A model generated the notes under the pieces. It was not told where the DNA came from and did no database searches. It saw only the letters and a list, made by a program, of their open reading frames with translations. From a virus (taxonomy: Duplodnaviria > Caudoviricetes), in IMG/VR virus record IMGVR_UViG_3300032218_001740, positions 1 through 29,835 of that record: a DNA stretch of 29,835 nucleotides; one strand, written 5' to 3'. The stretch's first letter is position 1; each line of letters opens with the position of its first letter. The position numbers and the translations under genes are program-made. This document shows, piece by piece, positions 7,801-17,911 of this stretch.

Positions 7801-8509
7801 TATAGAAAAAGCAAATAATAAAAATGGTTTTATGAAAGAATTTGAGTCTTTAAGACCAGATCTTTTTTTTCCAGATCATTGGAATGAAGAACAAGTAAAT
7901 AAAGCCATAGAATTAGTTAGGCCACAAAAAACAAGAACGGCAATGTTTTCATCTATACCGATGAATTGTGAAGCAGAAAAATGTGTGTATGCTTCGACCT
8001 GTCCTTTATTAAAAGAAAACGTTGCCCCTAAAAATAATCCATGTCCAATAGAGATGTCGATGGTGTCTCAATTTACTACTGAATATCTTGATCAATTAGA
8101 CGTTAACCCTAATAATTTGGTAGAAGTTTCAATGGTTAGAGATTTAGTAGATCAAGAAGTTCAATATATGAGAAAAACAAAACTACTTGCTAAAGAACAC
8201 TTTATTCAAGAAAATGTTATTGGAGTGGATCAAGACGGTCAACCAATACTTAAAAAAGAATTACACTTAGCTGTAGAACTTGAAGATAAACTACATAAAC
8301 GTCGCAAAGATCTTAGAAATCAATTACTTGCAACAAGAGAAGCTAAAGCTAAAGTTGGTCAAGTTCAACTTGATACAGCGCAAGCAATTTCAGATATTAT
8401 AAATAAAGTTCAATCTATAGAAAATCAAAGAGAAAAAATTCTTAAACAAAAACTTGGAACCTATGAAATAGACGATTATATTGAATCGCAGGAAATAAAG
8501 GATGAGTAA
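7793..8509 (+). CDS. Hypothetical protein with Cys cluster and C-terminal coiled coil (possible terminase small subunit)
   Basis: Start at ATG 7793; CEAEKCVYASTCPL...CPIE; helical C-terminus. The TerS call rests only on position and helical character. Confidence 0.6.
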   Translation: MSNIEKANNKNGFMKEFESLRPDLFFPDHWNEEQVNKAIELVRPQKTRTAMFSSIPMNCEAEKCVYASTCPLLKENVAPKNNPCPIEMSMVSQFTTEYLDQLDVNPNNLVEVSMVRDLVDQEVQYMRKTKLLAKEHFIQENVIGVDQDGQPILKKELHLAVELEDKLHKRRKDLRNQLLATREAKAKVGQVQLDTAQAISDIINKVQSIENQREKILKQKLGTYEIDDYIESQEIKDE

Positions 8510-11500
8510 ATTAAACGATTTAGTCAACATGTATAAAAGATTATTTCCCAAAATGACAGAGGAAGAGATAACAGAAAGGGTAATGAGAAACGCAAGAATA
8601 GGCGTTGATCCGGTGTTGTCTTCTAAAGTATTAGACATGAATCCTCCAGAACAAACATTCCAAGCATTAAAAGATTTACATTCGTCATATATAAAAGCGT
8701 TAGAAGCAGAGTTGGAGATGCCAATCTCAACTCGTGAAAAAAATTTAACAATCGAAACTGCAATGTCAGCTCCAACCATGGATCTAAATTTAATATCCAA
8801 TAGACAGGTTCAAGAAACTCTTAAAAATCAATGGCAAGAAATAACTATGGGTGGACTTAATGAAAATGTTGGCTTTCCATCAATTTTAATGCCATCAGGA
8901 AATGTTAGATCACAAAGCGTTCTGTACAACATGCCAGATTCTAATCATCCACTATCAGTTCTAATGTCAGGTAGAGCTGTTTCAGTTTCTAATGAAAAAA
9001 CTGGAGAACAAGCTATGTCAGTTTCTTCTTCTGCAATTCCAACAGCTGAATATTTGCAAACCATGATCTCCAGAAAAGATTCTCAACAAATAATTCAACA
9101 AGCAATCAACGATGGAAAAAGATTAAGAATAATGACTTCTGACATTGAGACAGGTGGAGTTGGTCCGTATGACTTAGCTAGATCTGTTTTTGGACAAACG
9201 TACGAGATGCCAACTGATACAGCAACAGACGTTGCTGGAGCCCTGAAGGGTATTAGTGCCAGCACTAGTCCTTCAGATACTTTTAATTTTCATATGCTTT
9301 TACCAGAAATGCAAACTCTGACAAGAGGTCAAAGGAGAGGTCTTCCCGCTGTTCAGTTAGGTAGTCGTGTAGCTGATATAGAAAGCGGAAGATTTTTACC
9401 TGGAGGTGGTATGTCTTCAGGTGCTGGTAAAATATTTGACCTCACAACAAAACAAGGAAGAATTGATTCAGCAGCTGAACTTACTAGATATCTTGAATCA
9501 ATAGCAGATAAAGATACTTTATTATTGGGCAATAATTTTGTTAATTTTGACATACCTAGATTATTAGCTACTGCATCCACAATGCAAGAGTTTATGGAAA
9601 ATCCAAGAGCTAAAGAAATAATAAAAGCAGTACAAGAAAAAGCTGGTAGCGGTAGCGTAATAGATGTTACTCAAATGTCTAGGCAATATTTATCTGGAAT
9701 AGTAAGAGACAGAATGGCTTCTCATGGCATGACTCCTGAAAGTGTAATAGAACGTGGATTAACTTCTCTTTTATCTCCAGAAAGTTTAGCAAAAGCTGGC
9801 ATAATAGGAGAAGGTGTTAAACCTTTTAGTATTGAAAATATAGTTACGTCAACAAATGTATTAGAACAAATGTATGATTTTACTGACTCTGCTGGCAACA
9901 ATCCTATGCGAGAAGCTGTAATAAAATTAGCTGGTGGATCTCACGTTTCCGAATTAGACGCATCACTATCCATATCCATTTATAGAGGTATTGTAAGTGG
10001 AGACTTAGATATTCAAGATCCTTCTAAAAGAGCTAACCTATCAACGCCTAAAGGGCAGATTATAGCTTCCGCATTAGATGCAGTCAGTAGAGCAACTGCT
10101 ACCGTTCCAACATCCAACATAGCAAGCATGGGAGAAATATCAGATCAAGTATTTGATTTCTTAACTGATAGATCTGGTGTAGCAGATAGAACTTTGATGG
10201 GGGCAAGAGTTCAAACGATTGATCATACAACTGGACAAGTAGACGGGTTTGTACATTATAATCCTGAAATAGGTTCATACGAAAAAGTATATTCAGATTC
10301 AACCAAAGCACCTCATGCAATATGGTCTGGAAAAGCTAAGTCAGACATTAGAAGAGCAATGTCTGAAGAAACAACTGTTACACGACCAGATGGATCTACG
10401 TATACGCAATATGGGCCAAGAGTCATATCTACTGGAATAAATGTTGCAGAAGCAAGTCAGATGAACTCTACATTAGCGGCAGTCTCAAGATTCTCTGGGC
10501 TTTCAACAATAGCTAGAGGACCAGGCGCATTTTTGTCTACTGAAGCTGAAGAAGATGCTTTTGCAGCTTCAATGACAGCTACTAGAAAATATATAGGATT
10601 TCCGCATTTAAGAAACCAACCAGCTTCAATAACATCTGGACCAAGAAAATTAATAAACAAGATGTTAGGCAGATTTGATATGCCAAGCCAAAAAGCTATG
10701 GCAGATGCACAAGATGTTATATATCAAGGTGGAGCAGGATTAGCAGTTTTAGATCCAGTTGTAAGATCTAATTTTGTAGCTATATCTACACTAACTTCTG
10801 CAGTACCATATGAAATTGGAAATACTGAAATGGCCAAAGAAATAGCAAAAAAAGCAGAAGCACAAAGAGCTATAGCTGAAGGTAGAGTTATGACAGATGC
10901 GCAAATTGAAGCAGTTGTATCTACAATGCCAGAAGAACAAATACGTTTAATCAATTTGAGGGCAACAGAAAGTTCAAGGTATCTATCAGAACAAACAATA
11001 TCACACATTCCGGTTATGAAACAAACCAGAATATTGAATGATAAAACAGGCAAGGCTGCAAAACCACTAATATCTCATTCATTACTTTCTGAGATGAGAA
11101 TTGATGAAGGTGGCAAATCAGTTCCAATTGTAGAATCTGCATTTTGGAAAAAAGCTGGATTAAATACTTCTACGCTTTCAATTGTAAAAGCTGGAGACAG
11201 AGATATTGTCAACTTAGTTGCCGGCAAAGGTGGCTTGTCAAGAAATAATGCAAAAACTTTTGCAGATTCTTTACTTAAAGCATTAAAGACTAAAACAAAT
11301 TTAACAGCTGAAGATATGGTTGAACAAGGTTTTTCTCACAGTGTTGAAGAAGCATTAACCATAAAACGTCTTTTAACAGATACTTCCCCAGAAGCTACTC
11401 AAGAATTAAAAGAATTTTCTGAAGGATTAGCATCAAGGTTAATGGAATCTGGTCCTGCCATTGGAGCGACAGAAGGACAAGTAGCACAAGGTATGACAGC

Positions 11501-12158
11501 AATCGTTCAAGCAGCTGGTTCTGAAATTGGAAATGATCAACCCGCTATAGATGCAGGATTGGTATTTCAAACTCAAAGGATGGGTGAAGAAACAATTAGT
11601 TTTTCAGGATCTATGCCACAAGCTGCACAAGATCAATTGTCTCACATGGGGGGATCTGAGTCAGTTGCTGTAAATGCTGAGTTAGGCGGAAACCTGATGG
11701 AAGAGCACTTGCAAGCTTTAGGTAAAGCTGAGTCTAGCGAAACATTTAGGGATAAGTTAAAAAAAGTATTTAATAAAGATAAAGTAGACAGCGGAATATT
11801 TGGAACTAATATTGGGAGAAATAGAGCTGGTAGAGATGAATCAATATTAAATACTTTAACTAAAATTAAACCAAAATTAGCAATGGGAGCAATTGCTGTT
11901 GGAGCAGCAAGTGCTGGTTACTATTTAGCTAAGAAGCAAAGAAAAAATCAAATGTATGATGAAACTATGCATCAACAACCTTATGAAAACCAAGGCCTTG
12001 TTCAGCAAGCAAATTCCAGTATTCAACAAGATAATCCACAAACTAGCGCCAGAAGAGATCCTTTGGTAACTGCCGGCGTTGTTGGAAATTTGGATAGAAA
12101 TAAAATTGGGCATACAGGGATGGGCCCAAATAAATATAACCATCTTTACGGAGGATAA
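8502..12158 (+). CDS. Large putative virion protein (1218 aa) with a DEDDh 3'-5' exonuclease domain and a C-terminal TM helix
   Basis: ExoI IMTSDIETGG, ExoII LLGNNFVNFDIPRL, ExoIII SHVSELDA; hydrophobic LAMGAIAVGAASAGYYLA near the C-terminus. Confidence 0.7.
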   Translation: MSKLNDLVNMYKRLFPKMTEEEITERVMRNARIGVDPVLSSKVLDMNPPEQTFQALKDLHSSYIKALEAELEMPISTREKNLTIETAMSAPTMDLNLISNRQVQETLKNQWQEITMGGLNENVGFPSILMPSGNVRSQSVLYNMPDSNHPLSVLMSGRAVSVSNEKTGEQAMSVSSSAIPTAEYLQTMISRKDSQQIIQQAINDGKRLRIMTSDIETGGVGPYDLARSVFGQTYEMPTDTATDVAGALKGISASTSPSDTFNFHMLLPEMQTLTRGQRRGLPAVQLGSRVADIESGRFLPGGGMSSGAGKIFDLTTKQGRIDSAAELTRYLESIADKDTLLLGNNFVNFDIPRLLATASTMQEFMENPRAKEIIKAVQEKAGSGSVIDVTQMSRQYLSGIVRDRMASHGMTPESVIERGLTSLLSPESLAKAGIIGEGVKPFSIENIVTSTNVLEQMYDFTDSAGNNPMREAVIKLAGGSHVSELDASLSISIYRGIVSGDLDIQDPSKRANLSTPKGQIIASALDAVSRATATVPTSNIASMGEISDQVFDFLTDRSGVADRTLMGARVQTIDHTTGQVDGFVHYNPEIGSYEKVYSDSTKAPHAIWSGKAKSDIRRAMSEETTVTRPDGSTYTQYGPRVISTGINVAEASQMNSTLAAVSRFSGLSTIARGPGAFLSTEAEEDAFAASMTATRKYIGFPHLRNQPASITSGPRKLINKMLGRFDMPSQKAMADAQDVIYQGGAGLAVLDPVVRSNFVAISTLTSAVPYEIGNTEMAKEIAKKAEAQRAIAEGRVMTDAQIEAVVSTMPEEQIRLINLRATESSRYLSEQTISHIPVMKQTRILNDKTGKAAKPLISHSLLSEMRIDEGGKSVPIVESAFWKKAGLNTSTLSIVKAGDRDIVNLVAGKGGLSRNNAKTFADSLLKALKTKTNLTAEDMVEQGFSHSVEEALTIKRLLTDTSPEATQELKEFSEGLASRLMESGPAIGATEGQVAQGMTAIVQAAGSEIGNDQPAIDAGLVFQTQRMGEETISFSGSMPQAAQDQLSHMGGSESVAVNAELGGNLMEEHLQALGKAESSETFRDKLKKVFNKDKVDSGIFGTNIGRNRAGRDESILNTLTKIKPKLAMGAIAVGAASAGYYLAKKQRKNQMYDETMHQQPYENQGLVQQANSSIQQDNPQTSARRDPLVTAGVVGNLDRNKIGHTGMGPNKYNHLYGG

Positions 12159-12163
12159 CCAAG

Positions 12164-12844
12164 ATGCCATTAAGCAAAAAAACAATAAGCTCAGGCATAG
12201 AAGAAGGTATGGGGTTTTTAAAGAAGATAGGTGCATCTAATTTTGGTCAAATGGGTAAAGATGTTATGAAATCAAAGTCGGCTAAAGGTGCAATTCTTGG
12301 TGGATTATTTTTAGCTGGTATTGGCAAAGAAGTAATAAGACCAACCATCAAAGCTGGTATGGATGTAGCTTTTGATGACCCAAATGCAGATCAAAAAGTA
12401 CTTGGCACAGATCTAACCCCTTCAATGTTGGTTGGAGCTAGCGTAGGAGGTCCCATAGGAGGACTTGCAAGAGGTGCTAACGCTTATAGATTTGGAGTTG
12501 GTGCCACTAACCCATATTATGCACAAAGAGGCGGAGGAAGAGCTGGGGCAGCAATTGGTGCAGTTGGTGGTGGCATATATGGTTACAAAAAAGGATTTGG
12601 TGGAACAAAAGGAGTTAAGGGAGCAGTAATTGGTGCTATCGGTGGGGGCATTGCTGGAAACATAGGGGGAAGAACAGTTGGCGGTGGTGGATCTTTAATG
12701 TATGCTCAAAAATATGCAAGAACTAATTCACAAGTATTAAATGAATCTCCTTTTTATAATCAATCTTTAATGACGGCAGACAGAATGAACGCTAGAGGTG
12801 ACATTGTTCTCGGTGCGTATAATTCTAGAAAAGGCCAATACTAA
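12164..12844 (+). CDS. Glycine-zipper protein, putative internal virion/ejection protein
   Basis: Multiple GxxxG repeats (GAAIGAVGGG, GAVIGAIGGGIAGNIGG); GGAGG RBS. Confidence 0.7.
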   Translation: MPLSKKTISSGIEEGMGFLKKIGASNFGQMGKDVMKSKSAKGAILGGLFLAGIGKEVIRPTIKAGMDVAFDDPNADQKVLGTDLTPSMLVGASVGGPIGGLARGANAYRFGVGATNPYYAQRGGGRAGAAIGAVGGGIYGYKKGFGGTKGVKGAVIGAIGGGIAGNIGGRTVGGGGSLMYAQKYARTNSQVLNESPFYNQSLMTADRMNARGDIVLGAYNSRKGQY

Positions 12845-14430
12845 TGCCTCAAATGGATAATTTTTCTCAAGGAGTTCAAGCTCAAGCTCAAGCACCGCAA
12901 AAACAATTGCCATTAGCATTAAGGGCTATGAATATGAGCCCAACGGCAGCCTATAAAGCGCGTCACATGATGGGTTGGAACGCTCAAAGGTATGCTAATA
13001 CGATGTTTGAAGGCGGCGTTTTAGATACCGCTTCTGGAGCAATTGGAAAAAGGGCTGCGGTTAAAAACTTTTTAGGAAAAAGAACCGGAGCATACTCTGG
13101 TGGAGTAATGCATGATAATAAAAATTATGCATTCGGCAGAAGCATCTTAGGTGATGATAGAACTGTTTTTGGCAAAAACATTTTTGGCACAGGACAAAAA
13201 GTAAAAGCTCAATTAACCAATGCTCCATTGAATCCATTTACTTTTAGGAGATTTGATTCCGTATCTAGATTGGCTGGACATCCAGGAGAAAGCACCGTAT
13301 ACACCCCTTTTGGTACTGGAGCAGAGTTTGCTGCAAAAACAGTATTAAATAACAAAGGTCCAATTGGAAAATTTGCTAGATCTAGATATGCAGAAAACTA
13401 TGAAGATGGTAAGTTGATTCCTGGAAGAGAAATATATAGTGGTGGTCTTTTTGGTCGCATTAATACCATGGGTAAAGTAAGCAGTTATGAGAAGCAAGTT
13501 TCAGCGGCAAGTAGTTTAACCGGAGATGTAGCGGACTATAGTAGAGGGCAAGTTAGAATTGCTAGAAGGGGCGAAAGAGCAGCTGCTAAATTAGAAAAGT
13601 TTGATGAAAATCTTATAAAACTTGGTAAAGCAACTGGAGCTGATTTTGCTACTGCTGGCGCAAGAGAATTTACAGAATCAACAGTCAGTAGTCTTACCGG
13701 AATGCCAATCGGTGGTATTGGTGGAATTACTGACGACGTTATTAATGGAGTTCTTAAAACCGGATCAGCAGATGCCGAGATAGGAGCAGCTGCTAAAGCA
13801 TTAGGTAGACACAGAGCAATGTCTGAAACAATTAAAGGTTTTGTTCCTAAAGGTGTTTTTGAAACTTCTGGAATATTATCAGGTAAAGGTGCACAGTATC
13901 TTGGTACAGAAACATTTACAAAAGTTTCTAGTACATTTGCAAAAGCCATGGAAGGTTCAGCTGGTCCTATGAGCTCTACTGTTTTTGGCAAGAATATATT
14001 TGCTAGTGCAGCTGATGACTTACTTTCAACTGGGGGTAAGGCTGGAATTAGATCAGCCGCAAGAGAACTTGGAATGGATGCTTTTGGTAGAAGGGAATTT
14101 GGTACCGCGGCTAAAATGGCTGGTCATTACGCAGGAACATTTGGGGAAGTTGCTGGAACAGCCTTGGGAGTATATGGTACGGCTAGTATGGTGTATGATA
14201 CTGGTAAACTTATAGGAAAGACAATCATGGGAGGCGTCAATCTTGGTAAAGATGCGCTAAAATCTATGCAGGGCAGTTTGAATAAACCATTATTTGGAGC
14301 AGGATTTAAAGACAATGAAGTTGCAGCAACATCCAGATCTAGAGGCGTCATGGCTATTCAAAACTCAAGACTTAATGCAAGAAGTGCTCTTGGATCAGAG
14401 GGTGCTATGATGGCAGCACATTTTGGATAA
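12844..14430 (+). CDS. Gly/Ala-rich basic protein (528 aa), putative internal virion/ejection protein
   Basis: TAATG translational coupling; amphipathic/hydrophobic C-terminal helices. Confidence 0.7.
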   Translation: MPQMDNFSQGVQAQAQAPQKQLPLALRAMNMSPTAAYKARHMMGWNAQRYANTMFEGGVLDTASGAIGKRAAVKNFLGKRTGAYSGGVMHDNKNYAFGRSILGDDRTVFGKNIFGTGQKVKAQLTNAPLNPFTFRRFDSVSRLAGHPGESTVYTPFGTGAEFAAKTVLNNKGPIGKFARSRYAENYEDGKLIPGREIYSGGLFGRINTMGKVSSYEKQVSAASSLTGDVADYSRGQVRIARRGERAAAKLEKFDENLIKLGKATGADFATAGAREFTESTVSSLTGMPIGGIGGITDDVINGVLKTGSADAEIGAAAKALGRHRAMSETIKGFVPKGVFETSGILSGKGAQYLGTETFTKVSSTFAKAMEGSAGPMSSTVFGKNIFASAADDLLSTGGKAGIRSAARELGMDAFGRREFGTAAKMAGHYAGTFGEVAGTALGVYGTASMVYDTGKLIGKTIMGGVNLGKDALKSMQGSLNKPLFGAGFKDNEVAATSRSRGVMAIQNSRLNARSALGSEGAMMAAHFG

Positions 14431-14433
14431 TTT

Positions 14434-16308
14434 ATGAGCGCAACATTATCATCAAAAACTAAAAAGTTTAGACAAGATTTAGAGAAACTATCTAGAGAAG
14501 ATTTATTAGAAATAATAAAAGATCAAGATGTAGAAACATTTAAACAGATCAATAGAATTGAATGGGTTTTTCAAAATAAATTAAATCACTTAACTTGGGC
14601 AGATGGAAGTACAATAACTGAACGTCCATTAACAAATAAAGAATTATCACTTTTAGTTGACGAACCATTTGATCTTGATATGGAACTTTTAGACGCCGGA
14701 ATTTCTGGAGAACAACAAAGGCAAATACATATAGCTAAAGACCCGTGCGTGTGGGCAAGACAATTCTTGCAGGCTGAAACAAGAGTCTATCAAACTTTGA
14801 TCTTAAGAGATCCTGCACTGCGAAAAGTTCTAAGAGCTGGTCGTCGTCTTGGTAAAACTTTTAGTATGGCAGTTTATTTGCTGCATTATAGTTACACTCA
14901 CAAAGATGGTAGATGTCTTGTTATTGCGCCGATGAAATCTCACGTTGAATTAATTTATCAGGAAATTTTAAGACTTGCATCTAAAAATGAAATTGTAATG
15001 AACTCTATAGTTAGAAAAGTTACAAGCCCTCAATTTATGATTCAATTTTCTAATGGATCAACAATTAGATTCTTTACATCTGGTATGCGTTCTGGTGGAA
15101 AGTCTGACGTAGCTCGTGGTCAAGAGGCACACGTTATTGTTCTTGACGAAATGGACTACATGCACGCAGACGACCTTGACGCATTGTACGCAATGCTTCA
15201 GAAAACTGCAGAAGATCAACCGGATAAAGTATTGATTGGAGCTTCAACTCCAACTGGTAGAAGAGAACGTTTTTGGGAATGGTGTAGGTCAGAAAGATTT
15301 AAAGAGTTTTGGTTTCCCTCGTATTGCAACCCATACTTCGCTAAAGAACAAGAAGACGAATTTAGGGAGCAATATTCAGAAATAGGATATAGACATGAAA
15401 TTGAAGCTGATTGGGGCGAAGACGCAGAAGGCGTATATCCAAGAAAATATGTTGATAAAGCTTTCGTGGAACCAAACTGGAACTACGATGCCGAACTAAA
15501 ATCAGCTAGATCTTTCCATGTTATAGGAGTTGACTGGGACAAGTACGGAGCTGGTACAAATATAGTTGTTCTAGAAGTGTGTTCAGATACTTATGAAGAA
15601 GAAAGATTTAGAAATAAAGTCAGACTTGCTTATAGAGAAGAAATAGAAAGATCTGAATATACATTAACTAAGGCTGTTTCTAGAATTGTTGATTTAAATA
15701 ATATATTTATGCCAAAGCATATTTATGTAGACAGAGGTTACGGAGAAGTCCAAGTAGAATTATTGCATAAATATGGTGTTGAAAATCCTCTTTCTGGATT
15801 AAAACAAAAAGTAAAAGGAATTGGATTTGGAGAAGCCATAGATCTAAGAGATCCATATACTAAACAAGTTGTTAAAAAAGAAATAAAACCATACATGGTA
15901 GACAACTTAAGGCAATATCTTGAAAAAGAATTGTTAATGATTCCAGAAAAAGATAATGAATTATATATGCAATTAATATCTTACGTTGTTTTAAGAACAA
16001 CACAAACAGGCAGACCAGTATTTGAAGCAGGCGGATCTGCACAGGATCACGCGCATGATGCACTAATTTTAGCATTGCTTTCTATAACTCAAAACTATGG
16101 AGATTTACATAAAGCAAGGTATACTACAACTACAAGTTCATTTTCTAATACATTCTTTATGCCAGGTAGTGGAGATAGAGAAGATGATGATACAGATGCA
16201 ACAAAAACAAAAGTGGCAAATAGAACAGATTCTCTCGGTGTAAAGACATCATTAAGAAAAAGTTTTAGTAGACGTGCAAGTGCACCAATTAAAAGACAGG
16301 TGTTTTAA
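14434..16308 (+). CDS. terL: Terminase large subunit
   Basis: Walker A RAGRRLGKT; Walker B VIVLDEMD; motif III ASTP; RNase H-fold nuclease IGVDWD ... DHAHDAL. Confidence 0.93.
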   Translation: MSATLSSKTKKFRQDLEKLSREDLLEIIKDQDVETFKQINRIEWVFQNKLNHLTWADGSTITERPLTNKELSLLVDEPFDLDMELLDAGISGEQQRQIHIAKDPCVWARQFLQAETRVYQTLILRDPALRKVLRAGRRLGKTFSMAVYLLHYSYTHKDGRCLVIAPMKSHVELIYQEILRLASKNEIVMNSIVRKVTSPQFMIQFSNGSTIRFFTSGMRSGGKSDVARGQEAHVIVLDEMDYMHADDLDALYAMLQKTAEDQPDKVLIGASTPTGRRERFWEWCRSERFKEFWFPSYCNPYFAKEQEDEFREQYSEIGYRHEIEADWGEDAEGVYPRKYVDKAFVEPNWNYDAELKSARSFHVIGVDWDKYGAGTNIVVLEVCSDTYEEERFRNKVRLAYREEIERSEYTLTKAVSRIVDLNNIFMPKHIYVDRGYGEVQVELLHKYGVENPLSGLKQKVKGIGFGEAIDLRDPYTKQVVKKEIKPYMVDNLRQYLEKELLMIPEKDNELYMQLISYVVLRTTQTGRPVFEAGGSAQDHAHDALILALLSITQNYGDLHKARYTTTTSSFSNTFFMPGSGDREDDDTDATKTKVANRTDSLGVKTSLRKSFSRRASAPIKRQVF

Positions 16309-16310
16309 AC

Positions 16311-17909
16311 ATGGCAAACTATGGATTAGGAAATTCTAATGCAGTAGAAAACGTATTTGCTGACCCATATTCTGACGTATCATCTTTTAACTCTGTAGAA
16401 AAAAGACAGGCTGAAGCAGGTGGACAAAATTCTAACCCTTTGGTAAATTATACTAATATCTCACAAATACCTGTTGGGCAAGTAAGGTCTTACGTATTTG
16501 ATTGCGACCAAATTATTAAACAATTGATTCAAGAATTAGACGACAATCTTCTTAAGGTTAATATTAACGCATACGTTTCTGTAGAGATGGAAATTGCACA
16601 CAAAGCAGTTTGGCAAGATGCGCAAAAGTATTATAGTCACCATCAAGATGGCGAGAACACCTTTACTACAATGGAAGTTCAATCTGCTCCAGATTTCATT
16701 TGCTACAAACAATATGCGTATGCGCAAGAGCACAAGTGTAGAGCGTGCAGAGAGTTTATAAAGCAATATGAAATAGCTATTTCTCATACAAGTTTTGGAC
16801 ATTTAATAAGTCTAAAAAAAATATTGGACTACATTAACAGTGAAGTATCAATAGTAAAAAATATAGTTATATATTATTTAGGAGAAGAGTATAAAGATGA
16901 AACAGAAGGCGAAATCGCAAAACACCTTGCAGACTGGACAAAAGCAGTTACGCACTATACGAAACAGTTTGCCAAGGAAATCACAACCCAGTCAGTCTCA
17001 ATTCCACAATCCGAATTGGATCAAGTCTCTAAAAAACAAGCCGCTCAATTTCAAGCGTTTTTTTCGATCAGAATAAACTCAATTTCTTCTGAGATAAATT
17101 CTATACTTGGTTTAATTAAAAGAGATTGCGTTGATTTAGGAGATATGTTTTATAATAACTACTTAATACCTGCAATGACATTTAAGTCTAAATTAATAGA
17201 GCCGATAATGACAGATATTAATACGACTGCTTTTGCAAAAAACGCTCCAATGTTAACGGGTGAAATGATAATTGCAAGTAACGCAGTAGTTGGAAACTTA
17301 GGTTCTGTAACTACTGACCTTGTAGAAAAAAGAATAAATTTAGGAAAAAGAATGAGAGCTTATTTAGAGCTTTTAAGACTTAAGAGAAGATATATAAATT
17401 ATATAATTCAACTAGAAGAATTTGCAGTTCAAAGAACAGTAGCATTGGCTTCTCCAACGGCAGATGATGTAATCAAGTATAATGAAATTTTTGATCAAAT
17501 ATACGTAGATAATTCAAAGAGAGAAAATCTTAGATCTTCACATAATGACCTAGATGATTTAGATGGAAATGCACACCCTCAGTATTTAAGAGCTGATGGA
17601 GGAATTATAAAGGGTGATATACATGTTGAAAATGGAGCAACAATAGATGGCATTAATTTGGCAAACCACAGCCATAATTTTCAAGATGGAAGTAATCCAA
17701 TCAGTGCAGCATCGATAGATTACGGTTCCGCAAGACAAGATTATTATGACAATGTTGATAATAAGCCTTATTCAAATTTAGTGTTATCAGGTTTTGAGTC
17801 TGTTCAAAAAATAGGTGGAGGTCACGAATACAGCGCCACCTTTGAAATTGAGGTGGATGATGATAAGATTAACACATATGATTTTGAAATTCTTTATAAA
17901 GAGCTTTAA
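16311..17909 (+). CDS. Putative virion structural protein (532 aa)
   Basis: Long ORF; HNDLDDLDGNAHPQYL and HSHNF resemble tail-fibre repeat motifs. Confidence 0.6.
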   Translation: MANYGLGNSNAVENVFADPYSDVSSFNSVEKRQAEAGGQNSNPLVNYTNISQIPVGQVRSYVFDCDQIIKQLIQELDDNLLKVNINAYVSVEMEIAHKAVWQDAQKYYSHHQDGENTFTTMEVQSAPDFICYKQYAYAQEHKCRACREFIKQYEIAISHTSFGHLISLKKILDYINSEVSIVKNIVIYYLGEEYKDETEGEIAKHLADWTKAVTHYTKQFAKEITTQSVSIPQSELDQVSKKQAAQFQAFFSIRINSISSEINSILGLIKRDCVDLGDMFYNNYLIPAMTFKSKLIEPIMTDINTTAFAKNAPMLTGEMIIASNAVVGNLGSVTTDLVEKRINLGKRMRAYLELLRLKRRYINYIIQLEEFAVQRTVALASPTADDVIKYNEIFDQIYVDNSKRENLRSSHNDLDDLDGNAHPQYLRADGGIIKGDIHVENGATIDGINLANHSHNFQDGSNPISAASIDYGSARQDYYDNVDNKPYSNLVLSGFESVQKIGGGHEYSATFEIEVDDDKINTYDFEILYKEL

Positions 17910-17911
17910 CT

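Noticed and set aside
14434-16308. Intein or intron in terL (also checked recA)
   Set aside because: Motif spacing and lengths are normal; no intein splice motifs or homing endonuclease signatures seen.
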